Counted from the first letter of the stretch, positions 1-9,644 are shown. The stretch: DNA of 64,000 nucleotides from Minisyncoccota bacterium (GCA_022841985.1 JALHQL010000002.1:4211-68210); one strand, 5' to 3'. The notes: a model not told the origin generated them from the letters alone. Numbers and translations: made by a program.

Positions 1-3000
1 CATTGGCAAGGACTAAGGCTAGGACTGGAAAGAAAAAATAACATGGCTGGCCTTTTCAAAAACCGAATAATTAGGGACAAACTTGAGAAGTTTGAGATTC
101 CTGATCTTGAGCAAAAGCTGGATATTGTGCGTGCCTGGCACAAAGCATCGCTAGACGGGTCATTGAAGGAGAAAACTGAAACTCAGTGTGAACAAGCATT
201 TAATTCAGATTTCTTCGTAAAAGTGCTTAGCTATGAACCGTTCCCAAACGAGGTCTATACGATCCAGCCAAAGGACAACGTTGAGACAGGTGGTGGTCAA
301 ATGCCCGACGCAACACTTGGCTACTTCACGGGAAAGCAGAAGCGCGTTGTTGCAGTCGTGGAAATTAAGGATGCGAATACATCGCTTGATAAATCGCAGC
401 ATCGCGAGGGTAACTTGAGCCCTATTCAGCAAGCGTTTAAGTATAAGCCGCAGTACAAAGATTGTGGCTTTGTCATTGCCACGAATTTCACTGAGATCCG
501 TCTGTTCCGAGATAATCAGTTGGACTACGAGAAATTTACTCTTGATGAGTTAGTAGACGCCAAGAATGATTACTTCCAGTTCAGGAAATTCCTCTTCCTA
601 CTGTCAGCACAGAATTTTGTAAACGAGCAAGGTCAGACTGAAACAGAGAAATTGCTTTCAGCAATTCGCGTTGAACAGGAAAAGATTACTGCGAAATTCT
701 ACAAAGAGTACAAGAAACTACGAGAGGACTTGATCAAAGACATTGTTGCAAACAACAAGAACATCAAACGCCCTGATTTCTATACACACATCGTTGAAAA
801 GGCGCAGAAGCTTGTAGATCGGACTGTCTTTATTTGTTTCTTTGAGGACTCTGGACTCTTACCTGAGGGGAGATTAGCAGAAGTTGTTGAGTATGCCCAA
901 AAAGGCGCTCTCAACGAGCCTATCTGGGAAACCATTAAGAAGTTTTTCAAAGCCGTTGATGAAGGAAGTGCGAAACTTGGGGTACCCGATGGTTACAATG
1001 GTGAACTTTTTAAACAAGATGAAGATCTGAATAAACTCATAATCAGCGATGAGATTTGTAAGAGTTTTGTTGACCTAACAAAGTTTGATTTTGAGGAGGA
1101 TCTTTCAGTGAATATTCTCGGCCATATTTTTGAGCAATCCATTACGGACTTGGAGAAACTTCGCGATTATTCGGAAAATGTAGAGACGGAAACAAAGAAA
1201 GATGAGAAGCGGAAGAAAGATGGAATATTTTATACGCCCGAATACATCGTTGACCACATAGTCCGAAATTCACTAGGACAGTATTTGCAGGAAAAGGAAC
1301 AAGAGGTTTTTAAAAAACATAAAGTAGATAGCAGACGAATTAAATCTGATGCCACACACGATAAACGCCTAGAGCAGGCATATACGGAGTATCAGATCAT
1401 CTTGCAGGACGTAAAAGTATTGGATCCAGCGTGTGGTTCTGGGGCGTTTCTGGTGAAGGTGTTTGACTTTCTTCTTGCTGAAAATAAGCGGGTTGCGGAT
1501 ATTCTTGCCGAAATTCAAGGAGCACAGAGCTTGTTAAGCACAGACGATTACGTGAAATCCCTGTTGCAAAATAATATATACGGCGTTGATCTCAACCCAG
1601 AAAGCGTGGAGATTACCAAGCTCTCACTTTGGTTTAAGTCAGCCAAGAAGGGACAGAAGTTAATCACCCTGAAAAATAACATCAAGTGTGGGAATAGCTT
1701 GATAGATGATGGAGGCATTACCGCCAGACCCTTTGATTGGAATAAGGAGTTTTCGGAAATTATGTCCAAAGGTGGATTTGATGTTGTGGTTGGAAATCCA
1801 CCATATGTTCAACTCAGCAAGGTAGTAGGTACCACGAAAGAACAGAAAGAATATCTGATCAGAACATACGGGACTTCTGGGGGACGTCTGAATACATTTA
1901 TTTTCTTTATTCACCTCGCCTCAGCATTAGTAAGGCAGGGTGGATACGTTGGCTTTATTGTTCCTAACACCCTTCTGACGCAACAATATTATTGGGAGAC
2001 GCGAAAACTGCTTTCAAGTGATTTGTCTCTTACGCAAATAGTCACCTACCCTTACTTACCATTTTCTGATGCTGTTGTTGAAAACATTACTTTTATTGCC
2101 GTAAAAGGCAAAACGGAAAATATTACGATCTATTCACAATTACCTGATGATCTTTCTGAACTTGCACAGATCAGCAATAGTTCTATCGGGAGAGATAAGA
2201 AATACATTATAGATATACGTAATAACCCAATTTGCCAAAGGATTGATAGCCTAAACTTTACTCCACTGAAAGATCTAGTGAATATAAATCAGGCAATCGC
2301 TCTAAAGGGGGATAAGAGTTTGAGCGTGAAAGATCATTACAGGGATGGTTATTTCAAATTGATTGATGGCAGGAATATAAATCGCTATTCACTAAACTGG
2401 TCAGGAGAATATCTAGAATACGACCTGAATCGTATCCACTCATGTAAAACAAAAGATATATTCTTACAACCAAAATTACTTTTCCGGAGAGTGTCTGCAG
2501 ATCTAATATTCACGTACGATTCCGAAGATTTTTTCGCCCTAAATACTCTTGTTGTTCTTACACCCAAGGAAGGTAAGACAGTGAATCTATTTGCTTTACT
2601 TGCGATTCTGAACTCAAAGCTTATCAACTACTACTACGTAAATAAATATAAGTCCACAAAGAAAGTGTTCTCAGAAATTCAAGCGCGCACAGTTGGACTT
2701 ATGCCAATTCCGGAATTGTCAGCAGCTGATACTCAGGCTCTTGGAGAGAAGGCAAGAAAGTTACTTGAGCTTAACAAAAGTCTTAACTCTGGTCTTGCTA
2801 AAAGCTTGGAACTATTCAGGCACGAGTTGAATATTGAAAAGCTTCCAAACAAAGCAAGTAATTTTGATTTACTCACATATGACACTTTCATCTCTTTGCT
2901 AGATACTGAGCTACCAATAAGTCGCAAGGCAGAGTTCATGGATTTTTTCAACAGTGAGAAAGCGAAATTGAGCGATGTCCGCGCCGAGATAAGAGATTTA

Positions 3001-4532
3001 GAGGAAAGTATTGATGAAAAGGTTTTCTATCTGTATTCAATCAGCGAAAAGGAAAAAGACATGCTATGAAAGCCATTATCTTCGCAAGAGTTTCCACACT
3101 GGAGCAAAGAGAGGCTGGCAATTCAATACCAGCACAAATAACTCGGCTCCAATCGTATTGCGACAGGAAGGGTTTTCAGGTCGTTGAGACGTATAGTTTT
3201 GACGAATCCGCCTATAAAACAAAACGCGACGAGTTTGATAAGTTCCTTGATTTAATCGGCAAAATGAAGGAAAAGGTTGCGGTTTGTTTTGACAAAGTAG
3301 ATCGTCTTTCACGAAATATATTTGATCCGAGAATTGCTTGGCTTTACGAAAAATCAACATCAGGAACGATTGAATTGCATTTTGTCTCTGATAACCAAGT
3401 CATCAATGACAATCTTTCGGCAGGAGAGAAGACTCATTTCGGTATAAACCTCGTGATGGCGAAAGCCTACTCAGATGCCATCAGCGACAACGTAAAACGC
3501 GCGTATGAGAAGATGCGCGCAAACGGTCAATGGACCGGAAAAGCGCCTATCGGGTATCTAAACCAAAAAGTGGATGAGAGAAAGAGCGTGGTCCCGGATC
3601 CGAAAACAGCTCACTTTGTTCGGAAAATTTTTGAAATGTATGCAAGTGGCAATGCTTCCGTAAAGATGATTCGTAATGAAATTGCTGAACTTGGCCTCAC
3701 TAGTTCCGTTGGAAAGCCACTGTCTGTAAGCATGATTGCTCACATACTTAATAATCCTTTCTACTACGGAGAGATGAGATCCAAGGGTGTGTTGTATCCG
3801 CACAAGTATGAACCGCTAATCTCAAAGCATTTGTACAACCAGTGCCAGATGGTTTTGAAAGGATGGCATACAAAACGAACCCAGTATGCCGCCAAGCCGT
3901 ACATTTTCAGAGGGCTATTGCCGTGTGCTAATTGTGGTTGCCTAATGAGTCCTGAGACGGCAAAGGGTAAATTTATTTACTACAGCTGCACCAATGCTAA
4001 GGGAATATGCAAACGGGTATACGTGCCTGAAAAGGTGCTCCTGAAGCCAATCCAGGAGGTCTTAGAGAGGTTCCAGCGGTTATCCCAAGAGGTCATAGAC
4101 GAGGTGGTGAATGGGATGAAGAAGGCCGGAGGTGATCAGGCTGAATTTCATAGAAAGGCTATCGCGGGCATGAGGGAAGAATACGATCAGATCCAGGCGA
4201 AGTTGGATCGGTATTTAGATCTTGTGGCTGATGGGCTCTTGAGCAAACAGGACTACGAGAAAAAAGTTGTTGCCATAAAGGATAGGCAGCAAGAAATCAA
4301 TTACAAACTGGAGGCCTATACCAAAGCCGATGAGACCTTCTACCTGACGGCTGGAAGGGTTTTGAGCTTGGCCAAAAGAGCCAAGGATATTTTTGATAGT
4401 TCTGAACCTGACGAAAAACGCGCCTTTCTCAACTACTTACTTCAGAACCCTAGGGTGGATGGCAAAAAACTCATATTTTCCTTGCGTTCTCCGTTCAATC
4501 ACATCCTAGAATTCTCCGACTGTTCTACTGGG
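1..4532. mobile_element. Right arm of an integrative defence element inserted at the 3' end of tRNA-Asn; left boundary lies outside the window
   Basis: R-M gene plus large serine recombinase abutting and overlapping a tRNA 3' end; sequence looks more AT-rich than the flanking core genes (by eye). Confidence 0.8.
43..3069 (+). CDS. Type IIG restriction-modification enzyme (endonuclease + N6-adenine MTase + TRD; Eco57I/TaqI-C-like)
   Basis: N-terminal PD...EIK nuclease motif (MPDATLG...VVEIKD), FYTPEYI, motif I VLDPACGSGAF, motif IV VVGNPPY, C-terminal LLAILNSKLINYYY. Confidence 0.92.
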   Translation: MAGLFKNRIIRDKLEKFEIPDLEQKLDIVRAWHKASLDGSLKEKTETQCEQAFNSDFFVKVLSYEPFPNEVYTIQPKDNVETGGGQMPDATLGYFTGKQKRVVAVVEIKDANTSLDKSQHREGNLSPIQQAFKYKPQYKDCGFVIATNFTEIRLFRDNQLDYEKFTLDELVDAKNDYFQFRKFLFLLSAQNFVNEQGQTETEKLLSAIRVEQEKITAKFYKEYKKLREDLIKDIVANNKNIKRPDFYTHIVEKAQKLVDRTVFICFFEDSGLLPEGRLAEVVEYAQKGALNEPIWETIKKFFKAVDEGSAKLGVPDGYNGELFKQDEDLNKLIISDEICKSFVDLTKFDFEEDLSVNILGHIFEQSITDLEKLRDYSENVETETKKDEKRKKDGIFYTPEYIVDHIVRNSLGQYLQEKEQEVFKKHKVDSRRIKSDATHDKRLEQAYTEYQIILQDVKVLDPACGSGAFLVKVFDFLLAENKRVADILAEIQGAQSLLSTDDYVKSLLQNNIYGVDLNPESVEITKLSLWFKSAKKGQKLITLKNNIKCGNSLIDDGGITARPFDWNKEFSEIMSKGGFDVVVGNPPYVQLSKVVGTTKEQKEYLIRTYGTSGGRLNTFIFFIHLASALVRQGGYVGFIVPNTLLTQQYYWETRKLLSSDLSLTQIVTYPYLPFSDAVVENITFIAVKGKTENITIYSQLPDDLSELAQISNSSIGRDKKYIIDIRNNPICQRIDSLNFTPLKDLVNINQAIALKGDKSLSVKDHYRDGYFKLIDGRNINRYSLNWSGEYLEYDLNRIHSCKTKDIFLQPKLLFRRVSADLIFTYDSEDFFALNTLVVLTPKEGKTVNLFALLAILNSKLINYYYVNKYKSTKKVFSEIQARTVGLMPIPELSAADTQALGEKARKLLELNKSLNSGLAKSLELFRHELNIEKLPNKASNFDLLTYDTFISLLDTELPISRKAEFMDFFNSEKAKLSDVRAEIRDLEESIDEKVFYLYSISEKEKDML

Positions 4533-4571
4533 CTCCGGGAGCAAGATTCGAACTTGCAACCAACGCCTTAA
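3066..4571 (+). CDS. Large serine recombinase (resolvase + recombinase + Zn-ribbon + coiled coil)
   Basis: IFARVST catalytic Ser, DKVDRLSR, APIGY, ILNNPFYYG, HKYEPLIS, CANCG...YYSC; ATGA overlap with upstream gene. Confidence 0.93.
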   Translation: MKAIIFARVSTLEQREAGNSIPAQITRLQSYCDRKGFQVVETYSFDESAYKTKRDEFDKFLDLIGKMKEKVAVCFDKVDRLSRNIFDPRIAWLYEKSTSGTIELHFVSDNQVINDNLSAGEKTHFGINLVMAKAYSDAISDNVKRAYEKMRANGQWTGKAPIGYLNQKVDERKSVVPDPKTAHFVRKIFEMYASGNASVKMIRNEIAELGLTSSVGKPLSVSMIAHILNNPFYYGEMRSKGVLYPHKYEPLISKHLYNQCQMVLKGWHTKRTQYAAKPYIFRGLLPCANCGCLMSPETAKGKFIYYSCTNAKGICKRVYVPEKVLLKPIQEVLERFQRLSQEVIDEVVNGMKKAGGDQAEFHRKAIAGMREEYDQIQAKLDRYLDLVADGLLSKQDYEKKVVAIKDRQQEINYKLEAYTKADETFYLTAGRVLSLAKRAKDIFDSSEPDEKRAFLNYLLQNPRVDGKKLIFSLRSPFNHILEFSDCSTGLREQDSNLQPTP

Positions 4572-4604
4572 CAGGGCGCTGCTCTACCGTTGAGCTATCC
4601 CGGA
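4533..4604 (-). tRNA. tRNA-Asn (GTT)
   Basis: Minus strand TCCGGGA-TAGCTCAACGGTAGAGC-A-GCGCC-CT-GTT-AA-GGCGT-TGGTT-GCAAGTTCGAATCTTGC-TCCCGGA-G; followed by CCC rather than CCA. Confidence 0.96.
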
Positions 4605-4642
4605 ATATGTACTGTCACCCTCCAAGCGGAGAGCTTATGGGC

Positions 4643-4670
4643 ATTCTAGCTTAAACACCCTTCATCGCAA
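4643..4670 (-). promoter_or_regulatory. Putative sigma70 promoter of tRNA-Asn
   Basis: Minus strand TTGCGA ... TAGAAT upstream of the tRNA. Confidence 0.5.
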
Positions 4671-4710
4671 AGCCTATAGGTAACAGGTACGAGGTATACT
4701 TTTCGTGTCC

Positions 4711-4947
4711 ATGTATATAAAAGTATTCGTCACTCCGGACGCCAAACGCGAGAAGGTCGAAGAAAAAGGCGAGACGCTTATGATTTCGGTCAAGGAACCC
4801 GCTCTCGGAAATCGCGCAAATGATCGTGTGAAAGAGATTGTGGCAGCACGTCTCGGAGTATTGGTAGGGAAGGTGCGCATCCTTACTGGACATCGTTCGC
4901 GTGGTAAAATGCTTAGTGTTACGCTCAAGCGAGCGAGTGAAGAATAA
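4711..4947 (+). CDS. DUF167/YggU family protein
   Basis: VTPDAKRE, ISVKEPALGNRAN, ILTGHRSRGK. Confidence 0.85.
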   Translation: MYIKVFVTPDAKREKVEEKGETLMISVKEPALGNRANDRVKEIVAARLGVLVGKVRILTGHRSRGKMLSVTLKRASEE

Positions 4948-5100
4948 GATTCCTATCTTATTCTTCCGAGCGAGCGCAAAGAGAAAGCGTTGCTTACTAG
5001 TTGATGTATTTCATCATGAATCCCGTTAGAAATAAACGCTACGAATTGGTATAATGGGCACGAGAGTACAGGAGTTTTATTAACACTAATTTCTAACTGG

Positions 5101-5463
5101 ATGAATATCACCATCAAAGCGACGAAGTATAAACTTACTCCCGAGACAGAAGCCATCCTCGAAGAGAAACTTTCCGCACCGCTACGCCTTCTTGGTGAAA
5201 AAGGTGAGACAGCCTTGCTTGAGATAGAAATAGAAGAGGCACCGCCAGAAGGACGATCTTCAGAACCCTGCCGTCTCGTAGCGCGACTTATCGTCGATGG
5301 TCAGGTATATCACGCTGAAGCGGTAAAACCATCTCCTTCAAGCGCGGCTGATAGAGTGCGCAACGAGCTCGAGGCCGAGATACGCCGATCGCGTGGGCGT
5401 GCACGCAGACTTTTAAAACGGGGCGGGGCGGCGATCAAACGAATGTTACGCTTCGGAAATTGA
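5101..5463 (+). CDS. raiA: Ribosome hibernation factor HPF/RaiA family
   Basis: MNITIKATKYKLTP..., HAEA...AADRVRNELEAEIRR; TGgTATAAT upstream at ~5047-5055. Confidence 0.8.
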   Translation: MNITIKATKYKLTPETEAILEEKLSAPLRLLGEKGETALLEIEIEEAPPEGRSSEPCRLVARLIVDGQVYHAEAVKPSPSSAADRVRNELEAEIRRSRGRARRLLKRGGAAIKRMLRFGN

Positions 5464-5472
5464 TACGGAAAG

Positions 5473-5513
5473 CGAAATGAAAACCCACCGCAAAGCGGCG
5501 GGTTTTCATTTCG
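5473..5513. terminator. Bidirectional intrinsic terminator
   Basis: CGAAATGAAAACCCACCGC-AAA-GCGGCGGGTTTTCATTTCG between convergent genes. Confidence 0.85.
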
Positions 5514-5519
5514 GCACGA

Positions 5520-6872
5520 TTATTTCGAAAACTCCACGTACGACATCTCCTTCTTACCTTCGGGTATCACACGCTCGATGATGAATTGACCGTCTTTAAT
5601 TGAGGCTTGAGTTATCTTTATGCGCTTTCCGTTTTCAAAAAAATAAGTGCCAATAGTATCGGCGTACGCACGGTATTTATTCCAATTCACTTCCGCTGGA
5701 GCATCCAGTGAGAGGAGGCCGTCCTCTTTCTTTAGTTTGCGTGCCCGAGTTGCAAGCGATGAATCTTGCGGAATCGGTATGACATCGCCGCGCAAATATG
5801 CAGACAGCGTATCAACAAGTAGAGAAGCGCCCATCCCGATAAGCCGCGGGCGCAGCTCGCGCGCGGTCTCACTGGGTCCAATTTTTGTCGATTCCTGAGC
5901 GATAATGTCTCCTGCGTCCAATTCTTTCACCATCTTCTGTATGCTTACGCCAGTTCTATCATCTCCAGCAAGCAATGCAGCTTCAAGAGGTGTTGCTCCG
6001 CGATGCTTCGGCAAAAGCGAGTAGTGGACATTGAAGACTCCTTTGGGAAAAACGCTAATAAGTGTCTCGGGAAATATTTTGCCATACGCGACGACGAGAG
6101 CGTAATCGCATTTATATTTTTGAATCATGGCGATTGTTTCGGCATCAAGCTTTTCCGGAGTTACGACGGGAATATCATGCGCAAGTGCAAATGTTTTTGT
6201 TTCGGACGGCGTGAGAGTCAAACCACGACCTCTCGGCGCATCTGGAGAGGTCACGACGAGATCTGGCACGAGGCCATGCTCGATAAGAATCGCGAGCGTA
6301 TCGCTTGAGACTTTCGGTGTTCCGAAATAAACGAAATTATGTTCTGACCCGTGATGGATGCGAGCAAGATTCTTAGCATGATCGATGAAAAGGATTCCAT
6401 TTAAGTGGTCTATTTCGTGTTCAAATATTTGCGCCATAAGACCGCCGGCGCCGCGCTCCACATGAGAACCGTTCGGTCGGCGCGCTTTAATGGTGGCGCG
6501 TTCGTGACGGTGAGTAATGCCGTAGATACCGCGAACTGAAAGACATCCCTCATCGGTCTTTGCGCGTTTGCGAGAAGTCTTTACGATTTCTGGATTGATA
6601 TACACCTCAATCTCAGGCGCTAGGGGAGGAGGGGGTACACCCTTTGCAATTTTCTTCTGGAAAGGAGATGTCCTGTCTTTTCTCACAATAAAGAGACGAT
6701 ATGAAACTCCTATTTGCGGCGCAGCGAGCGCCACTCCCTCAGGTTCTTTATCGAGAGCCTCTTCCATATCTTTGATAAGACGCGTGAGTTCGGGCGTACC
6801 GAAAAGCCCTTCAGGTACGGGTTGGGCGATCTCTCGAAGCACTGGGGTACCATCTTGCACAATCTCTTTCAT
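5520..6872 (-). CDS. def-fmt: Fused peptide deformylase / methionyl-tRNA formyltransferase
   Basis: PDF motifs GVALAAPQIG, EGCLS, HEIDH; Fmt motifs YFGTP, VVAYGKI, NVHYSLLPKHRGATP, LDAGDI in one frame. Confidence 0.92.
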   Translation of the reverse strand: MKEIVQDGTPVLREIAQPVPEGLFGTPELTRLIKDMEEALDKEPEGVALAAPQIGVSYRLFIVRKDRTSPFQKKIAKGVPPPPLAPEIEVYINPEIVKTSRKRAKTDEGCLSVRGIYGITHRHERATIKARRPNGSHVERGAGGLMAQIFEHEIDHLNGILFIDHAKNLARIHHGSEHNFVYFGTPKVSSDTLAILIEHGLVPDLVVTSPDAPRGRGLTLTPSETKTFALAHDIPVVTPEKLDAETIAMIQKYKCDYALVVAYGKIFPETLISVFPKGVFNVHYSLLPKHRGATPLEAALLAGDDRTGVSIQKMVKELDAGDIIAQESTKIGPSETARELRPRLIGMGASLLVDTLSAYLRGDVIPIPQDSSLATRARKLKKEDGLLSLDAPAEVNWNKYRAYADTIGTYFFENGKRIKITQASIKDGQFIIERVIPEGKKEMSYVEFSK

Positions 6873-6893
6873 GCGGCAAACTATACCAAAAAA

Positions 6894-7187
6894 TCAGCGC
6901 GGTGGGTGTTTCGTCGGGTCGAGCTCCCACCAGAATTTCTTGCCAAAGTTTTTTGCCTGACTACAAACGCTTTTCAGATAATAGAGATCCTGGGTGGGGA
7001 TTTTCTCAAGAACCGTACCGAGATGCGCCATCGTCATGGGCGCGAGCCGATCTTTCACACGAGAATGATTTAAGTGACGCAGGAAAAAACGCATCAGCTC
7101 GCCGCGCTCAGTCTGACGTTTTCTTCCTTTAGGCGCTGCTGCCACTTTTCTTTCGAACTCGGGAAGCATTTCACCGATTGATTTCAT
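6894..7187 (-). CDS. Hypothetical basic protein (97 aa)
   Basis: ATG 4 nt after murA stop; the longer ORF-track version overlaps murA. Confidence 0.7.
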   Translation of the reverse strand: MKSIGEMLPEFERKVAAAPKGRKRQTERGELMRFFLRHLNHSRVKDRLAPMTMAHLGTVLEKIPTQDLYYLKSVCSQAKNFGKKFWWELDPTKHPPR

Positions 7188-7191
7188 AGCA

Positions 7192-8502
7192 TTAGCCTGA
7201 ATGAGCTTCGATAGAGGCACCGAGATTTTGCAAACGGGCAACGATATCTTCGTAACCGCGATTAATGCTGTAGACATTTCGGAGTAGTGAGCGACCTTTC
7301 GCACCAAGCATCGCGACGAGAATGATGGTCGCGGGTCGGAGCGCTGGCGGACAGATGACCTCGGCGGCCTTGAGTCTTGACGGACCTTCAACAGAAATGC
7401 GATGAGGGTCGTGCAGGTTGGTGCGCGCGCCGAGCCGATCGAGATCAGTATAATAAATCGCGCGCTTCTCGTAGACCCAGTCATGGATAAGAGTTATGCC
7501 TTTCGCTTGCGTAGCGATGACTGCGAAAAAGGGAAGATTATCGATATTGAGTCCCGGATACGGGCGCGCATGAATCTTTTCCGGGAAAGCGACGAGTGTC
7601 GAAGGTCTAATTGAAATGTCGACAAGTTTCGTAATGCCATTTTCCGACAGTCGCGGTTTTGATATCTTAAATTTCAATCCCATTTTCTCAAGAAGCAGCA
7701 ATTCCACTTCAAGAAATTCAATTGGTGCGGCGGTAATGGTGATAGAGGAGCTGGTAACTGCTGCAGCAGCAATAAAAAACATCGCGTCGGTCGGATCTTC
7801 CGCAATGCTGTAAGAAACATCTTTTATAATGTCGGCGATACCGTGCACCGTGAGTGTCGTTCCACCAATGCCCTCAATCAAAACGCCGAGCGCACGCAAG
7901 AAACCGCAGACCTCCTGCACCTGATAATTAGCTGAGGCATATTTGATAACACTTACGCCATCTATGTGCGCGGCGGCGAAAAGAGCATTGATAGTTGCTG
8001 TGTCGCTAGATTCATATAAAACGACTTCAGCAGGAATAAGTTTTTCATGGGTAACATGATAACTGTCGGAATGCGCTTCTATAGCAACGCCGAATTTCTC
8101 AAGCGCCATGAGATGCGGTCGCGCGGAGCGGAGTCCGAGCGTGCAACCGCCAGACTGCGGCAAATCAAAATTCTTGAACAAGTGAATGAGAGGACCGATG
8201 AACATCAAAATACTTCGTGTTCGCGTTGCCGCAATGCGGTCAATGGTCTTGAGAGATATTTTTTTAGGCGGCGTAATGATGACGCTCGTACCTTTCCATT
8301 CAACCGAGACTTTGAGTGAGCGCAAGACTTCGATGAGGCGATTAACCTCTTCTATTTTCGGCATGTGCTCGAGCGTCGTCGTTCCGCGATTCAGAAGCGA
8401 AGCTGCGAGGAGGGCAACTGCACCATTTTTTGAACGACTCGTTTCGACGCGACCAGAAAGCTTTTTCCCGCCCTCGATAACAAAATTCATTTCTCCTTGC
8501 AT
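7192..8502 (-). CDS. murA: UDP-N-acetylglucosamine 1-carboxyvinyltransferase
   Basis: SKNGAVALLAA, GGCTLGLRS catalytic Cys loop, PYPG, RGYEDI. Confidence 0.93.
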   Translation of the reverse strand: MQGEMNFVIEGGKKLSGRVETSRSKNGAVALLAASLLNRGTTTLEHMPKIEEVNRLIEVLRSLKVSVEWKGTSVIITPPKKISLKTIDRIAATRTRSILMFIGPLIHLFKNFDLPQSGGCTLGLRSARPHLMALEKFGVAIEAHSDSYHVTHEKLIPAEVVLYESSDTATINALFAAAHIDGVSVIKYASANYQVQEVCGFLRALGVLIEGIGGTTLTVHGIADIIKDVSYSIAEDPTDAMFFIAAAAVTSSSITITAAPIEFLEVELLLLEKMGLKFKISKPRLSENGITKLVDISIRPSTLVAFPEKIHARPYPGLNIDNLPFFAVIATQAKGITLIHDWVYEKRAIYYTDLDRLGARTNLHDPHRISVEGPSRLKAAEVICPPALRPATIILVAMLGAKGRSLLRNVYSINRGYEDIVARLQNLGASIEAHSG

Positions 8503-8567
8503 GCGAAGTATCCTACCACTTAGTCCAGCTTTTGCCCTGTGTACGAGGACGCGTTATGATGTTGGGA

Positions 8568-9593
8568 ATGTCTTTCTTCTCTCCAAAGCTCGGCATAGAT
8601 CTCGGAACCACTAACGTACTCGTCTTCGTTCCCGGCAAAGGCGTTGTTATCAACGAGCCATCGGTTGTAGCCGTAGGGAAGACTCTTGATAAACGAGGAG
8701 GCAACACCATTCTCGCCATCGGCGCCGAAGCAAAAAAAATGATCGGCCGCACTCATGACGACATCATCGCGTACCGCCCGATGAAAGACGGCGTTATCGC
8801 GAACTATCGCGTAACTGAGGCTATGCTTCGTTATTTTATGAAAAAAGCACTTGGCCGGAACCCCTTTAAGCCAACCGTACTTGTCTCGGTCCCTGCGGGG
8901 GTCTCTTCGACCGAGAAGCGAGCGGTCATTGAAGCAGCGATAAAAGCCGGCGCAAAAAACGCCTACGTAGTGAAAGAGCCAATACTTGCGGCTATCGGTG
9001 CCGGTATCCCTATTCATGAACCGATGGGACGTATGGTGATAGATATCGGTGGCGGCACGATTGATGTCGCTGTGATCTCACTCGGGGGTATCGTTGCTTC
9101 GACGAGTGTGAAGTGCGCAGGCGACCGACTTGACCGCGCAATCATCGATTACATTAAGAAACAGCATAATCTTGCTCTTGGTGATAAAACTGCTGAAGAG
9201 GTGAAAATTAAAATTGGTGCCGCAGTACCGATGAACGAAGAACTCACTATGCAGGTCAAGGGCCGTGACCTCATGAGCGGCTTGCCACGCACTATAAATC
9301 TCTCGACCAATGACCTCGTACAAGCGATGGCGCGGGAACTGCGCGAGATGACTCAAGCGATACGCAAAGTGCTTCAAGAAACGCCCCCAGAACTTGCAGC
9401 GGACATTATCGATAACGGTATCATCCTGACGGGCGGTTCCTCACAATTGCGCCAGATGCCGGAGCTCGTCTATCGCCGCACGGGTGTTATGGCAAAACTT
9501 GCGACAGATCCGTACTATTGTGTCGCGCGAGGCACTGGTATCGCGCTTAAGCATTTAGATACGTATCAGAAAAGCATTTTAGCAAAACAATAG
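8568..9593 (+). CDS. mreB: Rod shape-determining actin-like protein
   Basis: [35 protein letters not shown]. Confidence 0.96.
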   Translation: MSFFSPKLGIDLGTTNVLVFVPGKGVVINEPSVVAVGKTLDKRGGNTILAIGAEAKKMIGRTHDDIIAYRPMKDGVIANYRVTEAMLRYFMKKALGRNPFKPTVLVSVPAGVSSTEKRAVIEAAIKAGAKNAYVVKEPILAAIGAGIPIHEPMGRMVIDIGGGTIDVAVISLGGIVASTSVKCAGDRLDRAIIDYIKKQHNLALGDKTAEEVKIKIGAAVPMNEELTMQVKGRDLMSGLPRTINLSTNDLVQAMARELREMTQAIRKVLQETPPELAADIIDNGIILTGGSSQLRQMPELVYRRTGVMAKLATDPYYCVARGTGIALKHLDTYQKSILAKQ

Positions 9594-9620
9594 AATCGCA
9601 AACTCCTCAAAAAATAAGAA

Positions 9621-9644
9621 GCTCCTGACGTTTCCGTCAGGAGC
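9621..9644. terminator. Hairpin terminator between convergent genes
   Basis: GCTCCTGACG-TTTC-CGTCAGGAGC. Confidence 0.75.

Noticed and set aside
7188-7484. Long version of ORF 6894..7484
   Set aside because: It overlaps murA in another frame; the ATG at 7187 fits better
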